From NCBI GenBank assembly GCA_964487475.1, contig CAZAPM010000003.1, positions 1-62,777 of the forward strand: a DNA stretch of 62,777 nucleotides, read 5' to 3'. The position numbers and the translations under genes were made by a program. This document shows positions 38,954 through 49,902 of the stretch, piece after piece. Every line of letters starts with the position of its first letter. Position 1 is the stretch's first letter. This DNA is from an uncultured Planctomycetales bacterium (GTDB taxonomy: Bacteria; Omnitrophota; Gorgyraeia; Gygaellales; Profunditerraquicolaceae). The notes beneath the pieces were generated by a model. It saw only the letters and a list, made by a program, of their open reading frames with translations, was not told the DNA's origin and searched no databases.

Positions 38954-40269
38954 CTTGTTCTTCTCCGTATACTGCGCGCGGCCAGCCTGGCCGCCAGCGA
39001 CAGTTCTTCGTCCTTGGTACGCACCTTCCCGTCAAGCCGGGCCGCCATCACCCGGGAAAGCACGCGCTGATACTCCGGCCCGGCAGGCAATCCCATCGCC
39101 CGCAGATCATCTCCTCCGATATGCAGTTTGAGCCCGTGGTGCCGGCGCAGGAACGCGGCGATGCGGCCCGCGGCCGCACGCTTACCGCGGCACTTGGCGC
39201 GCAGAAAAATGATCGCCTCGTAACTCAAAGGCTCGAGTATCCCATGCACCTTCGATGCCGTCACAGGGGACTCGGAAAGCACGCGCAGAGCGGAACGCTC
39301 TACGCGCTTGACGCTCTCCAGTCGCAGCGCCACCCCGCGGGACAACGCGAACTCGCCGCACAGGGCGGTCACACCCGATAAAGGAAGACTATCACACAAC
39401 GCCATCAGATACAATACCCATCGTTCGGCACGGCGCCGCTGGGGGAATTCCTCCTCGAACCATGCGGCCTGCGCCGCCAGCGCGCGCAGCAGCGCCCGCG
39501 ACTTCCCGTTCAGCGTGATCCGGCGATCCAGCCAGGAAAAACCCACTCCCTGCGCGATCCGGGAAAGCGAAGGGACCGGGTCCTCCTCCTTCAGCAGCAG
39601 CACCAGCTCGTCGCGCCAGCGGTGCGCATGCACCCGCCGCATCACACCCTCCTTGACCGCGGCCCGAAGCAGCGCCGCGGTATGCGCCTCAACGGAAAAA
39701 CCATACCTCTTGGCAAAACGGATCGCCCGGAGGATCCTCGTAGGATCGTCCCGGAAGCTCTCGTCATGCAGGACCCTGATCCTGCGGCGGCACAGATCAT
39801 CCCATCCCCCGTAATAATCCACCAGGGCTCCGAAATCCCCGGGGGTAAGGTCGATGGCCATGGCGTTGACGGTAAAATCCCTCCGGAAAAGATCGTCCTT
39901 GAGGGACCCCGGCTCCACCTCCGGAAGTCGGCCGCTCGCGCGGTAGGTCTCCCGGCGCGCGGTCGACACGTCGACCTTCAGCCCTTTGTGGGGGCTGACC
40001 GTAGCCGTGCCGAAACGCGGATGCGCCAGCACCCCGGAGTGCACCAGCGCGGCATACTCCCGGGCGAAAGCGATCCCGTCCCCCGGCACCATCACGTCCA
40101 CGTCGAGATTCCTCCTCCCCAAGAGCAGGTCGCGCACGAACCCTCCCACCAGGTATGCCCGGCAGCCCCGGGAAGCCGCCAGAAAAGAAAGCGAGCGCAC
40201 CACCTCCCCGACTTCCGGAGGAAGCGCCCGCAGCAGCGTGCTCAGATCCTGAAATGATGCGTCTTTCAT
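38950..40269 (-). CDS. cca: tRNA nucleotidyltransferase, class II (CCA- or A-adding type)
   Basis: YLVGGFVRDLLL, DVD, FGTA, RRDFTVNAMA, DDPTRILR. Confidence 0.88.
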   Translation of the reverse strand: MKDASFQDLSTLLRALPPEVGEVVRSLSFLAASRGCRAYLVGGFVRDLLLGRRNLDVDVMVPGDGIAFAREYAALVHSGVLAHPRFGTATVSPHKGLKVDVSTARRETYRASGRLPEVEPGSLKDDLFRRDFTVNAMAIDLTPGDFGALVDYYGGWDDLCRRRIRVLHDESFRDDPTRILRAIRFAKRYGFSVEAHTAALLRAAVKEGVMRRVHAHRWRDELVLLLKEEDPVPSLSRIAQGVGFSWLDRRITLNGKSRALLRALAAQAAWFEEEFPQRRRAERWVLYLMALCDSLPLSGVTALCGEFALSRGVALRLESVKRVERSALRVLSESPVTASKVHGILEPLSYEAIIFLRAKCRGKRAAAGRIAAFLRRHHGLKLHIGGDDLRAMGLPAGPEYQRVLSRVMAARLDGKVRTKDEELSLAARLAARSIRRRTR

Positions 40270-41144
40270 GGCCTGGGATGGAATGAACGGTGAATGGTCT
40301 TCAGTCTGTCCTTGTTCACATGCGTATAGATCTGCGTCGTAGCGATATTGGCGTGCCCGAGCATCTCCTGCACCGAACGCAGGTCCGCGCCGTGCTCCAG
40401 CAGATGCGTCGCGAAAGAATGCCGAAGGATATGCGGCTTCATCGGCTTCTTGATCCGCGCTTTACGGGCATACTTCTTGATCAGCTTCCACAACGACTGC
40501 CGGGAGATGCGCCTGCCCAGACGGCTGACGAAAAGCAGCTCGCAGGACGCGCCTTTCGTGAGCGCCGGCCGCGCGGCATCAAGGTACTTGCGCACCGCCG
40601 CGACCGCCTTGCGGCCCAAAGGGACGACGCGTTCTTTATTCCCCTTGCCGATACAGCGCAGGAACCCCACCTCGAGATTGACCCCGTCCTGGCGCAGGTT
40701 CACCACCTCCGAGACCCGCATCCCGGTGGCATAGAGCATTTCCAGGATCGCCTTGTCGCGCATCCCCTGCACCGTCCGGGTATCCGGCTGCTCCAGGAGG
40801 CTTTCCACCTCCGCCAGGGAGAGCGTTTCCGGGATCTTCTTCCACAGTTTCGGGGAATCCACCAGCCCGGTCGGATCCTCCGCCAGCACCCTTTCCCGCA
40901 CCAGGAAACGGTAGAACGACTTGATCGCCGCCAGGCGGCGGGCGATGGAATTGGGCGATATGCGCGCGTCCTTCTGGGAAAGCATGAACCCGGTCACATC
41001 CTCCCGCCTGATCCGCGTCATCCCCTGCGAACCGAGATGTTCGCTGAACGCCTCCAGGTCAGCCCCATACGCCAGAATGGTGTTCTTGGCGAGCCCCCGC
41101 TCCACCGAAAGGTAGGTCAGGAAAGAATCGATCAGCTCGTTCAT
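40266..41144 (-). CDS. xerD: Tyrosine recombinase XerD
   Basis: VERGLAKNT, YATGMRVSE, GKGNKER, PHILRHSFATHLL, LGHANIATTQIYTH. Confidence 0.95.
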   Translation of the reverse strand: MNELIDSFLTYLSVERGLAKNTILAYGADLEAFSEHLGSQGMTRIRREDVTGFMLSQKDARISPNSIARRLAAIKSFYRFLVRERVLAEDPTGLVDSPKLWKKIPETLSLAEVESLLEQPDTRTVQGMRDKAILEMLYATGMRVSEVVNLRQDGVNLEVGFLRCIGKGNKERVVPLGRKAVAAVRKYLDAARPALTKGASCELLFVSRLGRRISRQSLWKLIKKYARKARIKKPMKPHILRHSFATHLLEHGADLRSVQEMLGHANIATTQIYTHVNKDRLKTIHRSFHPRP

Positions 41145-41761
41145 CCCAGGTAAGGGTTCCCCTGCTTCTCCTCGCCGATGGTCGTGGCCGGCCCGTGCCC
41201 GGGATAGACCACCGTATCGTCGGGAAGAGAAAAAAGTTTTTTCGTGATCGCCTCGACCAGCTGCTGCTCATCCCCTCCCGGAAGATCGGTACGCCCGATC
41301 CCCTGCGCGAACAGGCTGTCTCCGGAGAACACCACGTCCTGACGGGGCTGCCGCATGCGCAGGGCGATCCCTCCGGCGGTATGCCCCGGGATGTGCAGCA
41401 CTTCCAGCTCCACCCCGTCCACGGAGATGCGGTCCCCCTCCTGCAGGATACCGATCTGCGCGTCCACCTTCTGCGGGGCGGAAAAGTACCCGGACAGATT
41501 CGCCTGCGGGTCGGTCAGACAGTTCGCGTCCGCCGCATGTATCCTGACCGGGACCCCGAACGCGGCATCCGCGCCGATATGATCGTAGTGGCCGTGCGTA
41601 TTGACCACCAGCGCCGCGGCCAGGCCGTGCGCGTCAAGCGCCTGGCGGATCTTCCGCTCCTGCGCGCCGGGATCGATGATGATCGCCTGTCCTCCCTCGC
41701 GGGACGCCACGATATAACAATTGGTCTGGATGCCGCCGACCTCCACCGTCTCTATGATCAT
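41141..41761 (-). CDS. MBL-fold metallo-hydrolase (GloC/YcbL-like)
   Basis: THGHYDHIG, PGHT, SGDSLF, GRTDLPGG, YPGHG. Confidence 0.9.
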   Translation of the reverse strand: MIIETVEVGGIQTNCYIVASREGGQAIIIDPGAQERKIRQALDAHGLAAALVVNTHGHYDHIGADAAFGVPVRIHAADANCLTDPQANLSGYFSAPQKVDAQIGILQEGDRISVDGVELEVLHIPGHTAGGIALRMRQPRQDVVFSGDSLFAQGIGRTDLPGGDEQQLVEAITKKLFSLPDDTVVYPGHGPATTIGEEKQGNPYLG

Positions 41762-42248
41762 TTTTGCGGTTCCATATACTCCGCCATCTTCGGGAACGCC
41801 AGCTGTTTCCAGAGGTCCCGCTTCAGACCGGCGACGGCATCGCGGTGCCAGCTTAAATTACGCGCATACACGTCGTTGGCCAGCGCCGCGCGCACACTGC
41901 CGATCCGGGTAATGAAGTTATCCAGCTTCTTCTTCCCTTCCTCATTGACCGCCTGGCGGCACTGGGTAAGGCTGCGCATCGCCTCGTCCAGCGAATAGAG
42001 CTGCTTTTTCCGGTTCCCGTCGGGGACCAGCGCCTGCGCCGATTCGTCCAGCCAGGAACTGGCAAAAAGATAATACTTGCGGTACGCCTCCTCCGGAGTG
42101 ATATCCAGGGCGTACTCCTGCGGCTGCAGGACCAGCTCCTCCGGAGCCTCTTTCTTGTTCGATTTCCTGGTGAATTTCCTGACGAACGCCTCGCACCCCG
42201 AGGTGCAGGCGACCGCGAATGCCAATGCTGCGCAAAGATACGCCTTTC

Positions 42249-42252
<4 letters not shown>
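41758..42252 (-). CDS. Hypothetical lipoprotein
   Basis: Signal peptide with lipobox-like TSGC; overlaps both neighbours by ATGA. Confidence 0.7.
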
Positions 42253-43993
<1,741 letters not shown>

Positions 43994-44040
43994 TCATGCA
44001 TACCGCGCATCTACGGGCACTGCCATACCAATAGCGCAAC

Positions 44041-44313
44041 TCAACGCCGTATTTCAAAGCCTCGTGCGCCCTCCGTTGCCTGGCCCCACTCCACCTGCGT
44101 TTCCCGCACATTTCGGGCAAACGCCACCGAGAGCCTTTCCAGGAATTGCTGCACCAGCTCCCGCTCACCTTCGGCAACTATCTCCACCGAACCGTCAGCC
44201 AGGTTCCTCACCCACCCCGCAAGGCCCAACTCGCCGGCAATTTCCCTCGCCGTATAACGGAATCCCACTCCCTGCACCTTGCCACTGAATACTGCACGGG
44301 CCTGACTGATCAT
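44041..44313 (-). CDS. acyP: Acylphosphatase
   Basis: [26 protein letters not shown]. Confidence 0.95.
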   Translation of the reverse strand: MISQARAVFSGKVQGVGFRYTAREIAGELGLAGWVRNLADGSVEIVAEGERELVQQFLERLSVAFARNVRETQVEWGQATEGARGFEIRR

Positions 44314-44341
44314 ACTGCACAAGACCGATTATTAAAATAAG

Positions 44342-44415
44342 TCGGGGCGACAGGACTTGAACCTGTGACCTCAGCGTCCCGAACGCTGCGCTCTACCAAG
44401 CTGAGCCACGCCCCG
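44342..44415 (-). tRNA. tRNA-Pro(CGG), no encoded CCA
   Basis: CGGGGCG acceptor stem, D-arm GCTCAGCTTGGTAGAGC, anticodon arm CAGCG-TTCGGGA-CGCTG, T-arm ACAGG-TTCAAGT-CCTGT. Confidence 0.97.
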
Positions 44416-44446
44416 AAGCACAATCTACCTCAAGTGTTACTGCGAA

Positions 44447-44650
44447 GTCCCGCCATCTTTGATCCACGAAGTGGATCAGGCGGGACGAAACACCCAACTG
44501 CGAGCAAATCAGTTGGGACGAAGCCCCGCGGATCAGCAGGGGCGAAATCCTTGTCCCACGAAGTGGATCAGGCGGGACGAAACACCCCACTGCGAGCGGA
44601 TCAGCAGGGGCGAAATCCTTGTCCCGCGAAACGGATCACTCGGGACGAAT
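44447..44650 (-). repeat. Array of six related GC-rich hairpins upstream of tRNA-Pro
   Basis: 42-nt repeat at 44464-44505/44556-44597 (1 mismatch) and 30-nt exact repeat at 44528-44557/44596-44625; unit consensus TTCG(T/C)CCC-N3-TGAT on minus strand. Confidence 0.85.
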
Positions 44651-44657
44651 TTCAATT

Positions 44658-44686
44658 AGTATACCATCAAACCGCGGCAATATCAA
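44658..44686 (-). promoter_or_regulatory. sigma70 promoter upstream of repeat array and tRNA-Pro
   Basis: TTGATA-17 nt-TATACT with TG extension. Confidence 0.75.
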
Positions 44687-45123
44687 CGCTTACTGCGACG
44701 GACGCGAGCCGGCGAAAGTTCGCACCCTAAGTCCCAGTACACGCACTCGACACGGGCATTTTCCGTGATCTTGATCTCGGATTCCGCACCCACGCACGCC
44801 ACAGCATGCCATATCCTTTTTTTCAGCACCACCGGACGGTCGAGCAGGAACGCCTCTATCTGCGAGGCTTTGCGGGAAGTCGAAAGGTAGAGCACGCTGC
44901 GGCCCTTGACCGGCTCGAAACTCTCCCAGGTCCCGGGATGCTGCTCGAGACGGGCCACCTTCCGGTCGCGCACCACCAGATAGGCGATGCGCCAGCCGAC
45001 CTTGCCGTGTTCCGTGACCACGATGCAAAAAAGATTGCGCCCTTTTCTGTCGGGAAGGGACGCCGGGTATTCGATCACCCGTCCGTACTTCTTGAACGCT
45101 GCAGGAGTTATTCTCTTGATCAT
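44683..45123 (-). CDS. Cupin-fold protein, ureidoglycolate lyase (AllA)-like
   Basis: ITPAAFKKYG, LEQHPGTWESFEP, IWHA. Confidence 0.65.
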   Translation of the reverse strand: MIKRITPAAFKKYGRVIEYPASLPDRKGRNLFCIVVTEHGKVGWRIAYLVVRDRKVARLEQHPGTWESFEPVKGRSVLYLSTSRKASQIEAFLLDRPVVLKKRIWHAVACVGAESEIKITENARVECVYWDLGCELSPARVRRSKR

Positions 45124-45130
45124 CCGGTAT

Positions 45131-45170
45131 AAGAAAAAGCCCGGCGCATGTTGCCATTTGCCGGGCTTTT
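45131..45170 (-). terminator. Rho-independent terminator after csp (possibly bidirectional)
   Basis: AAAAGCCCGGC...GCCGGGCTTTT inverted repeat. Confidence 0.85.
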
Positions 45171-45183
45171 AGGTTCCACTATA

Positions 45184-45384
45184 TTAAAGTTTCGTCACCC
45201 TGACTGCCTGGTCGCCTTTAGGCCCCTGTTCGATATCGAACTCCACGTCCTGGCCCTCTTCGAGGTTCTTGTACCCGTCCATCTGGATGGCGCTGAAGTG
45301 CACGAACACGTCATTGCCGGATTCCGGGGTGATGAAACCGTAGCCCTTCTTTGCGTTGAACCACTTCACTTTACCCTTTGCCAT
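45184..45384 (-). CDS. Cold-shock protein
   Basis: [13 protein letters not shown]1 KGYGFI, RNP2 VFVHF. Confidence 0.97.
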   Translation of the reverse strand: MAKGKVKWFNAKKGYGFITPESGNDVFVHFSAIQMDGYKNLEEGQDVEFDIEQGPKGDQAVRVTKL

Positions 45385-45461
45385 TACCGCATTCCTCCTA
45401 TTGACCATGCGGGCCAGCGGGGAACCATTCCCTCTTCATCAAAGCCCGCACTTGAGGCGAT

Positions 45462-45490
45462 ATACTACCAAGAGCCGGAGTTCTTGTCAA
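45462..45490 (-). promoter_or_regulatory. sigma70 promoter of csp
   Basis: TTGACA-17 nt-TAGTAT with TG extension. Confidence 0.8.
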
Positions 45491-45499
45491 TACAAATCG

Positions 45500-47683
45500 C
45501 TACAGGATCGGGTCCATGGTCAGCGCCGGATGGCCGGCCTTCTGCAGGAACTCCAGCAGCTCTTCGGAGGAAGTGGCGACCGTCTCATCGGCGATCATCT
45601 CGAAGAATTCCGGCATCCCGATCTCCCGGCACCGCGCCTTGAGCTTATCCGCCAGGAGCTCCTTCAAATCCTTTGGCATCCACACCAGCCGCGTGAGCCC
45701 GCCTTCCGCGCTGATGAATTTCCGGCTGGTCACGTAGAGCTTCCCGACTCCGAGGAACCCCGGGGTCTGCACTCCCCCTCCCACCGATCCGGCCAGGGTG
45801 GTGAAGGTCATGCCGCAGGGGGTCATCCCGGAGTAATCCCGGTGCACCACCATCACTCCGTTGGCTTCGGGGATGATGGCGATGATGGACTCGAAACACC
45901 CGCAGGAGGACTGGGGCGCGTCCATCAGAGAATACATGCTCACCGTCTCCATGGTCTTGTTGGATTTCTGGCAGAAGAAGTCGTTGATCCCCGCCCACTG
46001 GCCCAGCCGCTCGTCCACGGTCTGCCCTTTTTTCACCGGCTGGTTCGGCCCGGTGGGAGTGATCTCGTAGGAAGCTTTTCCGTCGAGCCAGGAGTATGCG
46101 CCGCAAAGGCCCAGCCGCTCGGGAGTGATGATGCACACGTGATTGGGAGCGAAGGACTGGCACAGCAGGCAGGAGTAATACGTATCCACGCTCTCGTCCG
46201 TCATGCCGCGCATCCGCTCGTCGCGCTCGTCATATGACTTGCGCGCCTGCGCCACGATGCGGGCGACGTCCTCCTGCCGCGTGTAGAGCTTGACCTGCAC
46301 TTTATCCACGATGGCATGGTACTCCTGGTGCAGCATGGCGTGGAGCACGGTGCCGAAATGTTTGAGCCGAAACCCCTTGCCGAAGGCGTCCTGGCTCACC
46401 CTCACCCAGATCATGTCGCGCTGCCCCACATGCATGATCCCCATGGCGTAATTCATGAAACGGTGGATCTGGCGCTCCAGTATGGGCTCGAAATCCTTCT
46501 GCATCTTGCGGCCCGCCACTTCCACCACGATCGCCAGGGGAAGCGACTTCACCCCCGGAGGCAGCGCATCGAGGTCAGGCCCGACGAGCTCGAAGGCGCC
46601 GTCCTCGACGCCGGAAAGGTCCTTCATCGAAAGGAATTCGCATGCCGTGCTGGCCTTGCCTCCGAATTCGACCGCCAGCTGCTCCTTGCGCACCCGTTCG
46701 CCCTCGAACGCCGCGGCATACGGCACCGGTACGGGGACCTCGCTCACTTTCACTTTGAGGCCCCGCACCTCCACGCACTTCGCGGCCAGCTTGCGGTAAT
46801 CCTTCTCCGTCACCAGCGCTTCATACAGCGTGGTATCGATCTTGGGCAGCTGCGGCACCTCCAGGTCCGTCACGATGGGAAACCCCATCGCCAGAACCCC
46901 CAGCCCCGTTGCCACCAGCACTTCATCCACGTGGCTTAAAAGCACCACCAGCGCCGGGACCTTATCCCGGGAATACTGCAGGATCTCCTTCCACTGCCCG
47001 CTCTTGAACCCGCCGTACATCAAGGCCGCGCGCACCGCCCAGTTCGCGGCGTAGAGCGCCGAAAGGTAATCGTCCCCCAGATGCACGACGTAATTATCCA
47101 GGCCCAGCACCACGTTCTTGGCTTCCAGCTGCGATTTAAAGGTCCGGCCTTCGACGTTTCCCGCCAGAAGCGTCACGATGCTGCGCGCCTGCAGGTCGCG
47201 CACCAGCTGCACGGCTGCGTCCTCATCCCTGGCCGGCCCCAGGACCACGGCGATCCCCGAGATCCTGCCGTCGACCAGCTGGATCCCCAACTGCCGCAGC
47301 AGCGTATCCGAAAGGAATCCCGCTCCGTTGGCCGGGTGCGCTGCCCCGAGATACTGGATACCGCAGAGCACTTCTTCGCAAAGCAGCGTCGCCAGCCCCT
47401 TGGCCAGTATCCCCCCCATGGCCGGAAGCGCCAGCCCGGAAGGAACGCTCTTTCCCGAGGATAAAGCCTGCGCCTGCCCGACTATCTCCCGGCAATCATC
47501 CAAAGTCCTGGCCTCGATCTTAAGGAGCGCATTGGCCAAAGGGAAAAAATACGTAGTATCGGGAAACTGTACCGGCGCAGCCCCGCCCTTGCCGGAGAAT
47601 GCCTTATCCAAGGCGTCCCTGGCCGCCGCGATAACGGCATCCGTTCCTTTGGTGCCTAACTGTATCAAGAGGTCTGCGGACAT
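45500..47683 (-). CDS. acsB: Acetyl-CoA synthase subunit of CODH/ACS (bacterial type)
   Basis: FEGERVRK, FEPILERQIH, A-cluster ligands SCLLCQSFAPNHVC...LCGA and SCGCF, QTPGFLG; start MSADLL at 47683. Confidence 0.95.
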   Translation of the reverse strand: MSADLLIQLGTKGTDAVIAAARDALDKAFSGKGGAAPVQFPDTTYFFPLANALLKIEARTLDDCREIVGQAQALSSGKSVPSGLALPAMGGILAKGLATLLCEEVLCGIQYLGAAHPANGAGFLSDTLLRQLGIQLVDGRISGIAVVLGPARDEDAAVQLVRDLQARSIVTLLAGNVEGRTFKSQLEAKNVVLGLDNYVVHLGDDYLSALYAANWAVRAALMYGGFKSGQWKEILQYSRDKVPALVVLLSHVDEVLVATGLGVLAMGFPIVTDLEVPQLPKIDTTLYEALVTEKDYRKLAAKCVEVRGLKVKVSEVPVPVPYAAAFEGERVRKEQLAVEFGGKASTACEFLSMKDLSGVEDGAFELVGPDLDALPPGVKSLPLAIVVEVAGRKMQKDFEPILERQIHRFMNYAMGIMHVGQRDMIWVRVSQDAFGKGFRLKHFGTVLHAMLHQEYHAIVDKVQVKLYTRQEDVARIVAQARKSYDERDERMRGMTDESVDTYYSCLLCQSFAPNHVCIITPERLGLCGAYSWLDGKASYEITPTGPNQPVKKGQTVDERLGQWAGINDFFCQKSNKTMETVSMYSLMDAPQSSCGCFESIIAIIPEANGVMVVHRDYSGMTPCGMTFTTLAGSVGGGVQTPGFLGVGKLYVTSRKFISAEGGLTRLVWMPKDLKELLADKLKARCREIGMPEFFEMIADETVATSSEELLEFLQKAGHPALTMDPIL

Positions 47684-48612
47684 GCTTCCTGGCTCCCTTC
47701 GGGGTTCCCCGGCTCCGGCGCCATCCGCGCCGTCAATGCTTCCTTCACGCACGCCGCGGCTTTGCGGCCGTCTGCCTGCGCCTCTTCCCATGTCTGAGGA
47801 CCGCCTTGGCGCACCGCGCCGCAGGCGAAAATGTTCCGGATATTCGTACGCAACTGTTCGTCGACCTTGAGGTATCCCTGCTCGCGGGAGATCTCCGAAT
47901 CCTTGAGGAATTCGCTGGCGGCGGCTGCCGGCCCGACGAAGGCCACCAGCGAAGTGCCGATGGCTTTCCCGCTCTGCAGTTTCAATGCTTTGAGCTCCGC
48001 CCCTTCACCGATCACCTCGGCGACGGGGTTGCCCGCGATCCACTCCACCTGCTCGCAGGACACGACCCCTTCCGGGACTTCGGGAGCGATAAGTTTGACC
48101 TCTTTTCCCTTCATCACCAGGACCTGCGCGAACTGCCGGCAGGGCTCGACCTCTCCGATAACGCAGGCGGTATGCACGATATCCAGGCGTTTGGCCACCG
48201 CCTCGAAATCGGAGAACTGATACGGCGCGAACACTCCCTCCTTGGTCCTGCCTGGCACATCCGGCACTACTACCCTGGTGCCGCTGGCGATCACCAGGAC
48301 GTCATAAGGGATACGGGTATTATCCTTGAGCGCCAGCCTGTTGCGCGCGGGCTCGATACGGGAGACGTCCTTTCCCCGCAGGAACTCGATGCCGCGGGAT
48401 GCGAAAAAATCCTCCGTACAAAGGGAGAGCTCGGAAGCTTTCTTCTCTCCGGAGAGAAAGGGAAGCAGCCAATCCCGCCGGTAAGGCAGGCGCGCCTCTT
48501 TGGAGATCAGCACGATCTCATGCGCAGCCGCGCCGTCCTGTGCCGGGTTGGAGAGCTCCTGCGCGCAGGCGAACCCTGAAGCCGAACTTCCGATGATCAC
48601 GATCCTGGCCAT
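47665..48612 (-). CDS. Pyridine nucleotide-disulfide oxidoreductase-like flavoprotein with degenerate motifs
   Basis: IVIIGSSASG, LPYRR, YDVLVIASG, VDEQLRTN...IFACG. Confidence 0.75.
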   Translation of the reverse strand: MARIVIIGSSASGFACAQELSNPAQDGAAAHEIVLISKEARLPYRRDWLLPFLSGEKKASELSLCTEDFFASRGIEFLRGKDVSRIEPARNRLALKDNTRIPYDVLVIASGTRVVVPDVPGRTKEGVFAPYQFSDFEAVAKRLDIVHTACVIGEVEPCRQFAQVLVMKGKEVKLIAPEVPEGVVSCEQVEWIAGNPVAEVIGEGAELKALKLQSGKAIGTSLVAFVGPAAAASEFLKDSEISREQGYLKVDEQLRTNIRNIFACGAVRQGGPQTWEEAQADGRKAAACVKEALTARMAPEPGNPEGSQEACPQTS

Positions 48613-48616
48613 AAGA

Positions 48617-49486
48617 TTATAGTCCGCTTGCCTCCAGCACCCGGGGCACCACCTTATCCCAGCCGATCGGCATGATATGGATCCCCTGGCACAGAGGTTT
48701 GAGTTGAGTAATGAGACGGCGGGCGATCTCGATGCACTGCGCGGTCTTATCCGCCGCCCCCTCCATCTCGTTGATCAGTTCCTCCGGCACGCAGACGCCT
48801 GCGACGTGCTCGTTCATGTAACGGGCCATGCGCGCGGATTTAAGCAGCACGATCCCCGCCATGACCGGCACCTTGAATTGGCGGGCATACTCCATGAAGC
48901 GCTCGAACGCCGGCACATCGAACACCGCCTGGGTCTGAAAGAACTCGGCGCCCGCGGCGATCTTCTTTTCCATCTTGAAAAGCTGCGGTTCCAAAGGATC
49001 GGCTCCGGGATTGACCGCGGCGCCCAGGAAGAACTTCGGGGCTGCCCCGTCGAGTTTGTTGCCGTTCATATCCGACCCTAAGGTCAGGGCCCGGGCCGCC
49101 TGCAGCAGCTGCACGGAATCCAGGTCGAAGACCGGTTTGGCCTCGGGATGGTCCCCTGCGGTCGGGTAATCCCCGGTCAGCACGAGCACGTTCTCGATAC
49201 CCATCGCTGCGGCGGAGAGCAGGTCGGATTGCAGGGCCAAGCGGTTGCGGTCGCGGCAGGTGATCTGATAGATCGGCTCCAGCCCCTTGTGCACCAGCAG
49301 TCCGCTCACCGCCAAAGAGCCCAGCCGCATCACCGAGCTTTGCAGATCGGTGACGTTATAGGCATCCACCCTGCCGCGCACCAGCTCGGCATCAGCGACC
49401 AGCTTCTGCGTTTCGATGCCCTTGGGAGGCCCGAGCTCGGTTGAAACCACGAATTGTCCGCTGCACACCTTCTCTTTGAATGTCAT
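48617..49486 (-). CDS. metF: Methylenetetrahydrofolate reductase
   Basis: ELGPPKG, TCRDRNRLALQSDL, LTGD, KKIAAGAEFFQTQ, GIHIM. Confidence 0.95.
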   Translation of the reverse strand: MTFKEKVCSGQFVVSTELGPPKGIETQKLVADAELVRGRVDAYNVTDLQSSVMRLGSLAVSGLLVHKGLEPIYQITCRDRNRLALQSDLLSAAAMGIENVLVLTGDYPTAGDHPEAKPVFDLDSVQLLQAARALTLGSDMNGNKLDGAAPKFFLGAAVNPGADPLEPQLFKMEKKIAAGAEFFQTQAVFDVPAFERFMEYARQFKVPVMAGIVLLKSARMARYMNEHVAGVCVPEELINEMEGAADKTAQCIEIARRLITQLKPLCQGIHIMPIGWDKVVPRVLEASGL

Positions 49487-49499
49487 TTTTCAGTTTAGT

Positions 49500-49578
49500 T
49501 AGGGACGGTTCTTCGCACGAGCGAACCCTGAGCATTCCGATAGGCTCAGGGGTGGACGCGCGGTTATCACCGTCCCTA
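49500..49578. repeat. REP-like palindromic element
   Basis: TAGGGACGGT (49500-49509)/ACCGTCCCTA (49569-49578) terminal inverted repeat with inner CCCTGAGC/GCTCAGGG stem. Confidence 0.7.
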
Positions 49579-49902
49579 CTTCTTAAAGATAAAAAACACT
49601 GCCGCGACGATACAAAGGAACCCGGCCAGATGATTCCAACGCAGCCCTTCCTTCAGATAAAACACGGAGAACACGGAAAACACCACCAGAGTAATGACCT
49701 CCTGCATGGTCTTAAGCTGGGGGGTGGTGAACTGATAACTGCCTATACGGTTCGCCGGGACCTGAAAACAATATTCGGCAAAGGCTATTCCCCAGCTTGC
49801 CAGGATCGCGATCCATAAAGGCGATTGCCTGAATTTCAAATGACCGTACCAGGCGAAGGTCATGAAAATGTTCGAAATAGTAAGCAGTATGATCGTTCGC
49901 AT
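49576..49902 (-). CDS. Small DMT-superfamily membrane protein (DUF486-like)
   Basis: SNIFMTFAWYGHLK, SWGIAFAEYCFQVPANRIG, QLKTMQEVITL. Confidence 0.88.
   Translation of the reverse strand: MRTIILLTISNIFMTFAWYGHLKFRQSPLWIAILASWGIAFAEYCFQVPANRIGSYQFTTPQLKTMQEVITLVVFSVFSVFYLKEGLRWNHLAGFLCIVAAVFFIFKK

Noticed and set aside
44440..44620. Hammerhead ribozyme (plus strand CTGCGA...stem...GAAAC; minus strand CTGAT)
   Set aside because: Neither strand has the full CUGANGA plus GAAA core with flanking stems I and III
44447..44650. CRISPR array
   Set aside because: Units vary in length and sequence, there are no unique constant-length spacers, and no cas genes are nearby
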